Below, one piece after another: positions 1-9,905 of a DNA stretch of 32,000 nucleotides. The DNA is from Wolbachia endosymbiont of Dirofilaria (Dirofilaria) immitis (GTDB taxonomy: Bacteria; Pseudomonadota; Alphaproteobacteria; Rickettsiales; Anaplasmataceae), in the NCBI RefSeq assembly GCF_013365455.1, contig NZ_CP046578.1:630001-662000 (forward strand). The letters are read 5' to 3'. Each line of letters starts with the position of its first letter. Positions within the stretch are counted from its first letter, which is position 1. The notes beneath the pieces were generated by a model. It was given only the letters and a program-made list of their open reading frames with translations. It had not been told where the DNA came from and made no database searches. The translations under genes were made by a program, and so were the position numbers.

Positions 1-75
1 TTAAGTTAATATTGTAATTTATTGACATAACCACCGCCACTTATTATTAATAACTCATTATAGTAGAAATTTTAC

Positions 76-1275
76 ATGTCAAACAATAATTTTCTCTTAA
101 GCTATGCATGCCTCCCACACAAAACGAGAGGAAGATATTTCAAAGAATTAGAGGACGAAAATCGCAGTTGCTTTCAGCGTGACAGGGACCGCATTATACA
201 CTCCAATGCGCTTAGGAAATTAGGGTACAAAACACAAGTTTTTATCAATTATGGAAATGACTATTATCGCACACGACTTACTCATAGTCTTGAAGTAGCA
301 CAAATTGCAAGATCTATTGCACGCAGGTTGGGTTTAGACGAAGACATTACTGAATGTATAGCACTTGCACATGACCTTGGTCATCCTCCATTTGGTCACA
401 CAGGTGAAAATGCTTTAAAAAAATCAGTTCGAGATTTGAATCTTGATAGTGAAAAATATGAATTTGACCACAACGTTCAAGCTATAAGGATTTTAACTCA
501 TCTTGAACAAAAACATGCCGACTTTGATGGCATGAACTTAAGTTGGGAGGTAATTGAAGGAGTTGCAAAACATAATGGCCCTTTACTTGGCAAAAATGCA
601 GCATTCCATACAAATAATCAGCTATTATTAGAATACAACAAAAAATATAATCTAGAACTTGAAAAATTTTCAAGCATCGAAGCACAAGTTGCTTCAATTG
701 CCGATGACATTGCATACAGTGTTCACGACCTTGATGATGCATTGAGAGGAAACTTAGTAACCATAAAAGACCTACTCGATATTCCTTTAATTGGAAAAAT
801 ATTTCAAGACATAAAAAGCAAATATTCAGAATTATCTCAAAATAAGCTGATACATGAATCACTCAGTAAAGCTATAGGAACTATGATAAGTGATGTTGTT
901 TCTCAGACTAAAAAAAACATTGAAGATTATAAAATAAAAAGTGTAGAAGACGCAAGAAGTTTAAATAAGATGCTAGTTATATTATCGCCAGAAATTGCAA
1001 ACGCTACAAAAGAAATAAAAAAATTTAACATAGAAAAAATATATAAAAGTTATAAACTCAATAGAACGATGAATAAAGCAAAACGTATAGTACAAGAACT
1101 CTTTCAATGCTTTTATGAAAATCCGGGACTACTACCCATAGAGTGGGATAGACTCACTTATGAATTCAAGCGTTCAGTAGTAATATGCGACTATATCTCC
1201 GGTATGACAGATAGATTTGCCATACACGAGCATAGAAGAATTTTTGATACCTCATATGAAATGACTTCTTTCTAA
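76..1275 (+). CDS. dgt: Deoxyguanosinetriphosphate triphosphohydrolase-like protein (HD-domain dNTPase)
   Basis: 399-aa ORF; HD-superfamily motifs 'RTRLTHSLEVAQIAR' and 'ALAHDLGHPPFGHTGE', typical of dGTPase-like proteins. Confidence 0.93.
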   Translation: MSNNNFLLSYACLPHKTRGRYFKELEDENRSCFQRDRDRIIHSNALRKLGYKTQVFINYGNDYYRTRLTHSLEVAQIARSIARRLGLDEDITECIALAHDLGHPPFGHTGENALKKSVRDLNLDSEKYEFDHNVQAIRILTHLEQKHADFDGMNLSWEVIEGVAKHNGPLLGKNAAFHTNNQLLLEYNKKYNLELEKFSSIEAQVASIADDIAYSVHDLDDALRGNLVTIKDLLDIPLIGKIFQDIKSKYSELSQNKLIHESLSKAIGTMISDVVSQTKKNIEDYKIKSVEDARSLNKMLVILSPEIANATKEIKKFNIEKIYKSYKLNRTMNKAKRIVQELFQCFYENPGLLPIEWDRLTYEFKRSVVICDYISGMTDRFAIHEHRRIFDTSYEMTSF

Positions 1276-1281
1276 TGAAAG

Positions 1282-2386
1282 ATGACCATTTTTATGTCAG
1301 TAGCATTAAAACTTACAGAAAGAACTCTTAAAAGCGTTTCACCAAATCCTGCTGTTAGGTGTGTTATTGTAAAAGATGGTATAGTAGTTAGTAAAAGCCA
1401 CACAGGAATTGGTAGACGTCCACACGCAGAAGCAGTCCCCTGCAAAGCGCTAAAGACTATAACTTATAGTGTGACTATGTACGTTACTCTTGAGACATAT
1501 TGCCATTTTGAAATTACAGAACCTTGTACTGCAGAAATTATAAGATCTAGAATAAAAAAAGTGGTGATTGCAATAATTAACCCAGATAAAAGAGTGTTAA
1601 GTAGAGAGCATCAAAGCCATAGAATAAGCTGAAATTAAAGCTGAGCAAGGTATTATGCAAAAAAAAGCAGAAAAATCGAACACATTGTTTTTTACTACTC
1701 AGAGATCACATAGATCATTCATAGCGTGCAAAATCGTAATGACTCTTGACGAGAAAATTGCAACATTCACAAGTAATAGCAAATAGACAGAAAGCAAAAA
1801 TACAGAAATTGGGCATACAAGCTCAGAGCAAAACATGACACAATTATGATCGGTAGCAATACTCTAATTAATGATAACCCACTGTTAACTTGTAGATTAC
1901 CAGGACTTGAAGATAAATCACAAACCAGACTAATTATCGATAGCCAAGGAAAATTAAAGGAAGAACACAATATTGCAAAGACTGCAGATAAAGTAACAAC
2001 TTGGGTGATTACAAACAAGAAAGTAGAGAAAAAAAATACAAAATATTAACTATCTGGTAGTTAACTCAAACAACAAACCTCCTATTACTTCAGTACCCTG
2101 GCACTGGGATTTAGAAAATTTAGCTCTAGATCAGTAAACTAAATGTTTATATAACAAGGCTACTAGTCAAAGGTGGAAGAGTGTTAGTCACAGAATTATT
2201 AAAATATAATTTAATCGACAGATTGATAATCTTATCATAGTAATAAAATTCATTGGTAATGATGCCATTTCTTTTATAGAAAATTTAGGAACTCAATTTA
2301 TCAGCAACTGCTACCAATTTAAGAAAGCAGAAGTAATAGACTTTAACGAGGATATAGTCGTCGAGGTTTGGAATAAATTGTTATAA
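1282..2386 (+). pseudogene. ribD: Degraded ribD (bifunctional diaminohydroxyphosphoribosylaminopyrimidine deaminase / 5-amino-6-(5-phosphoribosylamino)uracil reductase)
   Basis: RibD-like segments lie in order but in different frames with stops: 'VSPNPAVRCVIVKDGIVVSKSHTGIGRRPHAEAV' (frame 1), 'IKAEQGIMQKKAEKSNTLFFTTQ...CKIVMTLDEKIATFTSNSK*' (frame 2, TAG at 1784-1786), 'YRNWAYKLRAKHDTIMIGSNTLINDNPLLTCRLPGLEDKSQTRLIID' (frame 1), 'LVKGGRVLVTELLKYNLIDRLIILS*', and the C-terminal 'IGNDAISFIENLG...FKKAEVIDFNEDIVVEVWNKLL*' ending at 2386. Confidence 0.9.
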
Positions 2387-3445
2387 CCTCTACATGCCTA
2401 AATAAAGTAAAAAGGTGGAAGCCTACCCATAACAAATTAAGTTACTTAACCTCCAGAAAATTTAAGCACTATTAGTATAAACTCCAGTCCCATAACCTTC
2501 TTTGCCCAGGTCAGTTATGGCAGTTAATTTTTTAATTTCTGTTTCAACTTTATTCTAAACCAGTTCTTCTCCTTCTTTATTCCTTTTAGTGTCTTCAGAT
2601 GTTCTAGCTTCATTTATTTCCTCACCCTTACAGATTTGCTTATATGAACAATAAGCTAGTATAGCAAAATACGTGCAGTAACAAAAGAAAGCTGTAACTC
2701 ATACCAATGCTAATTTTTGTCACTATATACTATATTTCTCATACTTTGTATACCTTTACTTATAACACCACCTTTCAATAAAATCAACAACAAATTAAAC
2801 ATAGATACTAGAATACACAATTAAGTTATTTTTTTTCAAAAAAAAAATAAAATTTTAGCTGTCGATCTTCCTCCTAAACTGCCAATAACCATAAGCAGCT
2901 GGCTGAATTTTGATAAACCAATACTGTGCAGATAGATTAAAAAAAATTTTTGAAATCATAGCTCCATGCATAACTGTGCAAATACTAGATTTCTTGTGAC
3001 TAACCTTCAGCTATAAATAACTAAGAAACCTACTAAATAGAAAAAGAAGATAAAAAAATTCCACAATAGCTAGTATTCTTCCTAATTTCATATAAGCTAG
3101 TATTCATTATTAATTATCCTAAAAGCTTTATAAACGTACCTCAACTTATATAGGTAGTAAAAGCTTAAAACTTAATAAGTACATGAGGCGCACACATACT
3201 GATAAAATTAAATACAAGATACCAACTACGCAATGCTTTCATCGGTTAACCTGTGCAGATTTGAAGACAATTAGATATTATTATTATCATAATAAAGAAA
3301 CTAGCAAAATTTGCTAAGCAGTTTTTTTACCCTATCCTTATGAATCAAGAACATAAACTAATTAGCTATCTAGACAGTAGAAAGTAATGCCATTGATTAT
3401 ATTAACTCCATTTGTTATATATAATTTTTCTAAATATGAAAAATA

Positions 3446-5359
3446 ATGGGCAAGTATGACATAATAGTTATAGGTGGTGGTCATGCTGGGTGCGAAGCAG
3501 CTGCAGCTGCAGTTCGCCTTGGCGCAAACACGCTGCTTATAACCCATAAAATTTCAACTATAGGAGAAATGTCCTGCAATCCAGCAATTGGAGGAATTGC
3601 AAAGGGTATTGTAGTTAAAGAGATTGATGCCCTTGACGGAATAATGGGAAGAGCAATCGACCAAGCAAGCATACACTCAGTTATTCTAAATGGCAGCAGG
3701 GGTGCAGCAGTGTGGGGACCACGTGCACAGGCAGACCGGAAATTATATAAAAAAGCAATACAGGAAATTATCCTAAACTACAAAAATTTGGCAATAAAAG
3801 AAGAGTCAGTCGATGATCTCCTTATCAAAAGCAATAGTGACAAAGAGCTGCATATTAAAGCTGTTGTAACAAGCTCAGGTGAGCATATACTGACAAGTAA
3901 AGTTATTTTAACTACAGGAACTTTTCTGCAAGGTGTAATTCATATAGGCAAACAAACGATTCCTTCAGGGAGAATGGGAGATAAATCTTCAATAGAGCTT
4001 GCAAACACATTGAAAAAATATAATTTCAAATTAGGTAGACTACGTACTGGAACTCCACCAAGACTTGATTATAATACTATAAACTGTTCAATATTGCAAG
4101 AACAAATAGGTGATAATCCACCCAAGCCGTTTTCTTATCTCACAGAAAGAATTAATCAACCTCAAGTTTCATGTTTTATTACCTATACTAATGAAGATAC
4201 ACATAGAATAGTTCGAGAGAATCTCCACAGATCAGCTTCTTTATATCTAAATGACATTATTGCACCAAGATATTGCCCATCGATCGAAACTAAAGTCAAA
4301 AAATTTGCAGAAAAAAATAGTCACCAAATATTTCTAGAACCAGAGGGGCTTGATGATAATATCATATATCCAAATGGAATTTCAAATTCATTACCTATTG
4401 AAGTACAGCGCAAAATGATAAGGAGTATCAAAGGACTTGAAAATGCAGAGATATTGAAACCTGGGTATGCAGTTGAGTATAATTACATTGACCCACGAGA
4501 GCTATTTCATACCCTCGAAACCAAGAAAGTTAAAGGACTATATTTTGCCGGTCAAATTAATGGAACTACTGGGTATGAAGAAGCAGCAGGACAGGGAATT
4601 ATTGCCGGGATTAATGCAGCACTATCTGCAGCCGGAAAGAAAAAAAGCTTTATTCTCCACCGCACAGACTCATACATCGGCGTAATGATAGACGATCTAG
4701 TCACTAAAGGAATAATAGAACCCTATAGGCTATTCACCTCACGTGCAGAATACAGATTAGCAATTAGATCAGACAATGCAGATAGAAGATTAACACAAAA
4801 AGGGTATGATATTTCCCTTGTATCACATGAGAGATACTCTATTTTACAAGGCAAACTTAATTCTATTAAGCAACTCAAGAAAAATTTAGAGAGTCTAACA
4901 ATTACTCCTGAGCAGCTCAGGTTTTATGGTATAAAAATATCATATGACGGAATAAAAAAAACAGCATTAGATTTACTAAGCTATCCTAATATCAACTGGA
5001 ATAAATTGCAAAAAATATGGCCAGAGTTAAATAGTGTTACATGCTGGAATAATACCAAAATAAACGATGCAACCAAGAATGAAATATGTGAGGCAGTTGC
5101 AATTGAAGCAAAGTACAAACCTTATCTAATAAGACAAGAAGCAGATATGAAGTTTTTACGAGAGGAAATTAACACTCAAATTCCAATTAATTTCGATTAT
5201 TCACAAGTTCAAGGTTTATCAAACGAAGTAGTAGAAAAATTGCAGACAATAAAACCAATAACGATTGGTACTGCAAGGCAAATACAAGGTATCACTCCAG
5301 CAGCAATAGTTAGCATATTGGTACATTTAAGAAATAAGAAAATGAAAATTAGCTGCTAA
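3446..5359 (+). CDS. mnmG: tRNA uridine-5-carboxymethylaminomethyl(34) synthesis enzyme MnmG (GidA)
   Basis: 637-aa ORF; FAD-binding N-terminus '[23 protein letters not shown]', '[13 protein letters not shown]', '[13 protein letters not shown]', '[22 protein letters not shown]'. Confidence 0.97.
   Translation: MGKYDIIVIGGGHAGCEAAAAAVRLGANTLLITHKISTIGEMSCNPAIGGIAKGIVVKEIDALDGIMGRAIDQASIHSVILNGSRGAAVWGPRAQADRKLYKKAIQEIILNYKNLAIKEESVDDLLIKSNSDKELHIKAVVTSSGEHILTSKVILTTGTFLQGVIHIGKQTIPSGRMGDKSSIELANTLKKYNFKLGRLRTGTPPRLDYNTINCSILQEQIGDNPPKPFSYLTERINQPQVSCFITYTNEDTHRIVRENLHRSASLYLNDIIAPRYCPSIETKVKKFAEKNSHQIFLEPEGLDDNIIYPNGISNSLPIEVQRKMIRSIKGLENAEILKPGYAVEYNYIDPRELFHTLETKKVKGLYFAGQINGTTGYEEAAGQGIIAGINAALSAAGKKKSFILHRTDSYIGVMIDDLVTKGIIEPYRLFTSRAEYRLAIRSDNADRRLTQKGYDISLVSHERYSILQGKLNSIKQLKKNLESLTITPEQLRFYGIKISYDGIKKTALDLLSYPNINWNKLQKIWPELNSVTCWNNTKINDATKNEICEAVAIEAKYKPYLIRQEADMKFLREEINTQIPINFDYSQVQGLSNEVVEKLQTIKPITIGTARQIQGITPAAIVSILVHLRNKKMKISC
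5033..5065 (+). repeat. Candidate in-frame palindromic-element remnant, copy 1 (peptide [11 protein letters not shown]) inside mnmG
   Basis: agtgttacatgctggaataataccaaaataaac is related, in the same protein frame (about 25/33 nt identical), to the pepP copy at 6371-6403; it sits in a segment that looks longer than usual for MnmG. Confidence 0.55.
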
Positions 5360-5365
5360 TTCTGT

Positions 5366-7195
5366 GTGAGACACACTATGTTAAAAATCGAAAAATTTCG
5401 CTCTTTCATGCGTAAAATAAATGTAGATATGTTCATACTGCACACTAAAGACGAATATTTAAATGAATATTCAGATGAATTAACCAAGCTATGTGGTTTT
5501 ACAGGAACAAATGGGTTGCTCATTGTTACAAAAAACAATAAGTGCCCATTTTTTACAGATGAACGTTACATCATACAAGCCTATAATCAGCTCAATCAGA
5601 ACACTTTTCAAGTATATAACACACAAGAAGAGAATCCATACGAATGGGCAAAAGCAAACTTAACATTGACCACTTCATTAGGTTATCATCCACAGTCTTT
5701 TACCATAAAAGAGATAAAGAAATATGAAAATATTTGTAGGTTAGTACCCTATCCAATTAAAAAAAAAAGTAATCATAAAAAACAAATTATAGTTTCGCAT
5801 GCAGCAAAGTATTCTGGTGAAAGCAGCAAGAGTAAATGCGAAAGAGTGACTAAAAGCATAGATAAAGAAATTGAAGCAGTACTCCTGACTGATCCAAGTT
5901 CAATTTCATGGTTGTTAAATTTAAGAAACGAAAATGCTAAGCATACTCCGTGTATACTAGGTCGCGTTATATTATATAAAAGTGGCAATGTTGATTTATT
6001 TATTCAAGGTAAAGAATACTCAACTATACAAGCAAATTTGGATAACCACATAAATATTTTTGATACTAGTAAGCTAGAGAGTTCGCTACGTAGGCTAAGT
6101 TCGGTAATGATAGATCCAAGCACAACTCCAATGAGCATTATGGCCATAATACAAAGTAAGCGAGTAGTTGAAAGAGAGGATCCCTGTTTAATTCACAAAG
6201 CAGTGAAAAACCAAACTGAAATAGCCGGGGCTATAAATGCACACATTAGAGATGGAGTAGCAGTGACAAATTTTCTATATTGGCTTGAAAATAATGTTAA
6301 TAAGTCTCTTGCAAATTCACATATCATCCAAATAACTAACACTAAGACCAAGAAAAAAAATGCAGATTCCAGCATCACATGCTGGAATGACACAAAAAGA
6401 AATACTAATTTTTTGCCTGAGCAACCATTATATGATAGACCCAGTGAGATTACTGAACTCAAAGCTGAAGAGAAACTTTTAGAACATAGAAAGGAACAGG
6501 CTCTATTCAAGCAACTAAGCTTTCCAACAATTTCTGCATTTAATGAGAATGGAGCAATAATTCATTACCGTGCAAGTAATGAGACTAACAAAATAATTCA
6601 GAAAGATGGACTATACTTGATTGATTCCGGTGGCCAATATCTTGACGGTACAACTGATGTTACAAGAACTATAGCAATTGGCAACCCAACTAATGAACAA
6701 ATAACTCATTATTCAATAGTATTGAAAGCTCACATTGCTGTAGCAAGCGCAGTCTTTCCTTTCAGCACTACTGGCGGGGAGTTAGACATATTAGCACGCA
6801 CCCACCTATGGAAATTTGGAATAGATTATATACACGGTACAGGACATGGAGTAGGAAATTATTTATCAGTTCATGAAGGGCCACAAGCAATATCAAAAGG
6901 AAACAAAGTAAAACTTATGCCAGGTATGATACTTTCCAATGAACCTGGCTATTACATCCCAGGTAAGTATGGAATAAGGATTGAGAATCTTATGTACGTT
7001 AACAAACAAAAAAATTGCTTCTTAAACTTCAAACAACTTACTTCTATCCCATACGATAGAAAGCTAATAGATATGCAAATGCTTACTAAAGATGAAATTA
7101 AGTGGATAAACAGGTATCATCAGTCTGTCTATGAAAACCTAGAAAATAATATCAACAATAAAAAATGGTTAGAAAAAATATGTGCTCCTTTATAA
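5366..7195 (+). CDS. pepP: Xaa-Pro aminopeptidase (M24 family, aminopeptidase P)
   Basis: 609-aa ORF; metallopeptidase M24 metal-ligand motifs 'LIDSGGQYLDGTTDVTRT', 'GTGHGVGNYLSVHEGP', 'SNEPGYYIPGKYGIRIENL'. Contains an apparent lineage-specific insertion around 'KKKNADSSITCWNDTKRNTN'. Confidence 0.93.
   Translation: MRHTMLKIEKFRSFMRKINVDMFILHTKDEYLNEYSDELTKLCGFTGTNGLLIVTKNNKCPFFTDERYIIQAYNQLNQNTFQVYNTQEENPYEWAKANLTLTTSLGYHPQSFTIKEIKKYENICRLVPYPIKKKSNHKKQIIVSHAAKYSGESSKSKCERVTKSIDKEIEAVLLTDPSSISWLLNLRNENAKHTPCILGRVILYKSGNVDLFIQGKEYSTIQANLDNHINIFDTSKLESSLRRLSSVMIDPSTTPMSIMAIIQSKRVVEREDPCLIHKAVKNQTEIAGAINAHIRDGVAVTNFLYWLENNVNKSLANSHIIQITNTKTKKKNADSSITCWNDTKRNTNFLPEQPLYDRPSEITELKAEEKLLEHRKEQALFKQLSFPTISAFNENGAIIHYRASNETNKIIQKDGLYLIDSGGQYLDGTTDVTRTIAIGNPTNEQITHYSIVLKAHIAVASAVFPFSTTGGELDILARTHLWKFGIDYIHGTGHGVGNYLSVHEGPQAISKGNKVKLMPGMILSNEPGYYIPGKYGIRIENLMYVNKQKNCFLNFKQLTSIPYDRKLIDMQMLTKDEIKWINRYHQSVYENLENNINNKKWLEKICAPL
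6366..6403 (+). repeat. Palindromic element, copy 2, in frame inside the pepP-like gene
   Basis: Perfect 10-bp inverted repeat attccagcat (6366-6375) / cac / atgctggaat (6379-6388); encodes SITCWNDTKRN, nearly the same peptide as the mnmG copy. Confidence 0.7.
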
Positions 7196-7315
7196 GTAAA
7201 GGAACAGTTTTTACTCTTTAATAAGTATTAATATAGATATAAAATAGGCATTATATATTGTTTTTAATTCAAAAATAATATATAATAAAATACATATTTC
7301 CAGGTAGGTATAATT

Positions 7316-7687
7316 ATGACAGATAAAGTGCAGGAAGATGAATTTATGAAGCAGTACATGGATACTTGTAAAGAACAGATAGAAAAACTAGCCAAGGATC
7401 CCGAGTTACTTAATCAAACTTTAAAACCATTTATGCAAATGTCTCAGCAGCTTATGGCTAGTAGTATGTTAGACAAATCTATTCCTGATATGGTATCTAA
7501 TTTGAGTAGTATGGATATCACCAAGGTGATCGCTCAAATAAAGGAAATGATTGATTATATAAAAAGCAACTATAAAGGGATCATGAAAAAAGATAGCTCG
7601 CAAATTCAAGAGCTTGATGAATCCAGTAAAAAACTGAGAGGCTTAGTCAGGAAGCTGATAGAAAAAATTGAAAATAACAAACAGTAA
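7316..7687 (+). CDS. Small hypothetical protein, predicted highly helical, acidic/lysine-rich
   Basis: 123-aa ORF with plausible start and no competing ORF; no recognised family motif. Confidence 0.7.
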   Translation: MTDKVQEDEFMKQYMDTCKEQIEKLAKDPELLNQTLKPFMQMSQQLMASSMLDKSIPDMVSNLSSMDITKVIAQIKEMIDYIKSNYKGIMKKDSSQIQELDESSKKLRGLVRKLIEKIENNKQ

Positions 7688-7698
7688 AATCGGAGTTG

Positions 7699-8682
7699 TC
7701 AGTAGCGTAGTAATACAGAACCCCAGGTTAGGCCTGCACCTATTGCAATTAGTAGTCCTAGACTTCCTGGTTTTATTTTTGATTTTCGTATTGCGTGATC
7801 AAGTGCTAGTGGAATTGACGCTGCTGAGGTGTTTGCATGTCGATCAACCGTATTAACCACTTTTTCTATAGGCAAATCTAACTTCTTGACTACTGCTTCA
7901 ACAATACGAACATTTGCTTGATGAGGAGTTACCCAGTCAATATCAGTAATCTTCAAATTATTGGATTTTAGTTCTTTTTCTACTGAAGCTGTTAATTTAT
8001 CTACTGCATGTTTAAACATTTCTCTTCCTTTCATGCATATTTTCCCAGGATTACCAGTTGAGGATACTCCTCCATTCGTATATAATATACCTATATTACC
8101 ATCAGAGTATAAGCTGGTTGATACTATGCCGCTACCTATGGACTTCTCTGTTGTTCCATCGCAATATAATGCAGATTTTATTACTATTGCACCAGCACCA
8201 TCACCAAATAGTACACAAGTTGACCTATCTTCCCAATCAATAATTCTAGACATTATCTCAGCACCTATAACTAGTACATATTTAATGTCATTATTAGCTT
8301 TAATAAGCGAATCAGCAACTGCAATTGCATATATAAAACCAGAGCATGCAGCTTGTATATCAAAAGCAAACGCATTTTTACATTTTAGTCTACTCTGCAC
8401 AATAGTCGCACAGCTAGGAAAAGTTTTATCAGGTGTTGTTGTTGCCACTATGATTAAATCAATTTCATCCACTAAAATCCGTGCCTTCTCTATAGCATTT
8501 CTTGCTGCATTAACAGCTAAATCTGACGTTAATTCTTCTTCACCTGCTATATGCCTCTGAATTATTCCTGTTCTTTGTCTAATCCATTTATCACTTGTTT
8601 CAACTATCAATGCAATCTCATCATTACTCAATGTCTTTTTTGGCAAGTAAGACCCAGTACTCAATATGAAACTTCTATTCAA
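7699..8682 (-). CDS. fabH: 3-oxoacyl-ACP synthase III (KASIII)
   Basis: 327-aa ORF; 'AFDIQAACSGFIYAIAVADS' active-site Cys, 'VTPHQANVRIVEAV' His and 'RHANTSAASIPLAL' Asn motifs; adjacent to plsX and rpmF. Confidence 0.97.
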   Translation of the reverse strand: MNRSFILSTGSYLPKKTLSNDEIALIVETSDKWIRQRTGIIQRHIAGEEELTSDLAVNAARNAIEKARILVDEIDLIIVATTTPDKTFPSCATIVQSRLKCKNAFAFDIQAACSGFIYAIAVADSLIKANNDIKYVLVIGAEIMSRIIDWEDRSTCVLFGDGAGAIVIKSALYCDGTTEKSIGSGIVSTSLYSDGNIGILYTNGGVSSTGNPGKICMKGREMFKHAVDKLTASVEKELKSNNLKITDIDWVTPHQANVRIVEAVVKKLDLPIEKVVNTVDRHANTSAASIPLALDHAIRKSKIKPGSLGLLIAIGAGLTWGSVLLRY

Positions 8683-9712
8683 TGTGACTTACCTCACTCA
8701 CTATCTTCTGGTTTAAATTTTCACTAATAGCACTTACTGCAAATTTTATGGCGTGAGCAAAAGAAACAGCATCAGAATTTCCGTGGCTCTTGATAACTAC
8801 ACCATTGAGTCCTAAAAACATAGCTCCACCTCTAACTTTGGGATTAAAACGTGTAAGTGCCTTACTAAGTTTAGATTTCAACAATATATCAACAAACACT
8901 TTTGTTATCCATGAGCTAAATACTTCCTGCTTTATTAAATTAATAAAAGCACTAGCAGTCGCCTCAGCTGTTTTAAGCATTACATTGCCAACAAAACCAT
9001 CAGCAACAATCACATCAATACTACCTTCTAAAAATTCACTTGCCTCTATATATCCTCTAAAATTAATACTCGGAGCATTTTTGAGTAACTCAAAAGCCCC
9101 TCGTACTGAGTCAGTACCTTTAATTTCTTCTATACCAATATTTAGTAAAGCAACTTCAGGATTATCAATTTTTAATGCTATCCTTGCAAAGATACTTCCC
9201 ATCAATGCAAATTGAAATAATGAGTCAGCGTTACAATCAACATTCGCACCAAGATCAAGTAACACAAAACTTTTTGCCTTAGTTGGACAGACAGACACAA
9301 TAGCAGGACGATAGATATTTGGTAATATCCCTAAAACAAATCTGGAAATTGCCATCAGTGCTCCAGTATTACCTGAAGATACCACTCCAGAAGCCTTACC
9401 CTTTTTTACTGCCTCAATGGCTGCTTTCATACTCGAATCTTTACGATTCCTCAGTGCAAAGGATGGCTTATCATTCGCAAGAACACTATCAGAACAGTGA
9501 ATCAACTCAGAATTATTACTTACTTTCTTATATCTTAAAAGCAAAGGAGATACTTCTTTCTGGTCCCCATAAATACGAAAAAAAACTCTAATACCTGTGT
9601 TAACAAGGTTATCCAAAAAAAAACCAGCACCTTGAATCACTGAGAGAGGTGCAAAGTCACCTCCCATAGCATCAAGCGCAACAACTATATTATCGTTAAC
9701 CGTGGGTAACAT
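8675..9712 (-). CDS. plsX: Phosphate acyltransferase PlsX
   Basis: 'IVVALDAMGGDFAPLSVIQGA', 'SSGNTGALMA', 'VADGFVGNVMLKTAE'. The listed ORF starts at 9775 and would overlap rpmF; the internal Met ('MLPTVNDNIVVALDAMGGD') at 9712 is a more plausible start. Confidence 0.94.
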   Translation of the reverse strand: MLPTVNDNIVVALDAMGGDFAPLSVIQGAGFFLDNLVNTGIRVFFRIYGDQKEVSPLLLRYKKVSNNSELIHCSDSVLANDKPSFALRNRKDSSMKAAIEAVKKGKASGVVSSGNTGALMAISRFVLGILPNIYRPAIVSVCPTKAKSFVLLDLGANVDCNADSLFQFALMGSIFARIALKIDNPEVALLNIGIEEIKGTDSVRGAFELLKNAPSINFRGYIEASEFLEGSIDVIVADGFVGNVMLKTAEATASAFINLIKQEVFSSWITKVFVDILLKSKLSKALTRFNPKVRGGAMFLGLNGVVIKSHGNSDAVSFAHAIKFAVSAISENLNQKIVSEVSHIE

Positions 9713-9722
9713 ATCATGATAG

Positions 9723-9905
9723 CTATTCTTTCTGTTGTTTAATAAAAACCCTTTTCCCTTTATAGCTGCCATCAATTGCTATATTGTGAGGCAACATAAA
9801 CTCTCCAGTTGCTGTACATACCACAATATTTTTAGGCTCAATGGCGTGGTGAGAACGATGCATATTACGCCTTGATTTTGACTTTTTTCTCTTTGGTACT
9901 GCCAA
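9723..9905 (-). CDS. rpmF: 50S ribosomal protein L32
   Basis: 60 aa, 'MAVPKRKKSKSRRNMHRSHHA', characteristic L32 N-terminus; immediately upstream of plsX. Confidence 0.97.
   Translation of the reverse strand: MAVPKRKKSKSRRNMHRSHHAIEPKNIVVCTATGEFMLPHNIAIDGSYKGKRVFIKQQKE

Noticed and set aside
482-862. 126-aa minus-strand ORF inside dgt
   Set aside because: Antisense to a clearly conserved gene; Cys/Leu-rich composition is typical of shadow ORFs.
1767-2018. 83-aa minus-strand ORF antisense to the ribD remnant
   Set aside because: The plus strand carries recognisable RibD sequence here; the antisense frame has no family-like features.
2091-2112. 'agtaccctggcactgggattta' resembles the CACTGGGAT arm of some Wolbachia palindromic repeats
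   Set aside because: Only one arm and a short match inside the ribD remnant; too weak to call as a repeat copy.
5773-6510. 71-aa and 105-aa minus-strand ORFs inside the pepP-like gene
   Set aside because: Shadow ORFs of a conserved M24 peptidase; hydrophobic Phe/Leu runs mirror Lys/Asn-rich coding sequence.
7961-9591. Plus-strand ORFs (199, 61, 141, 90 aa) across fabH/plsX
   Set aside because: Antisense to strongly supported fabH and plsX.
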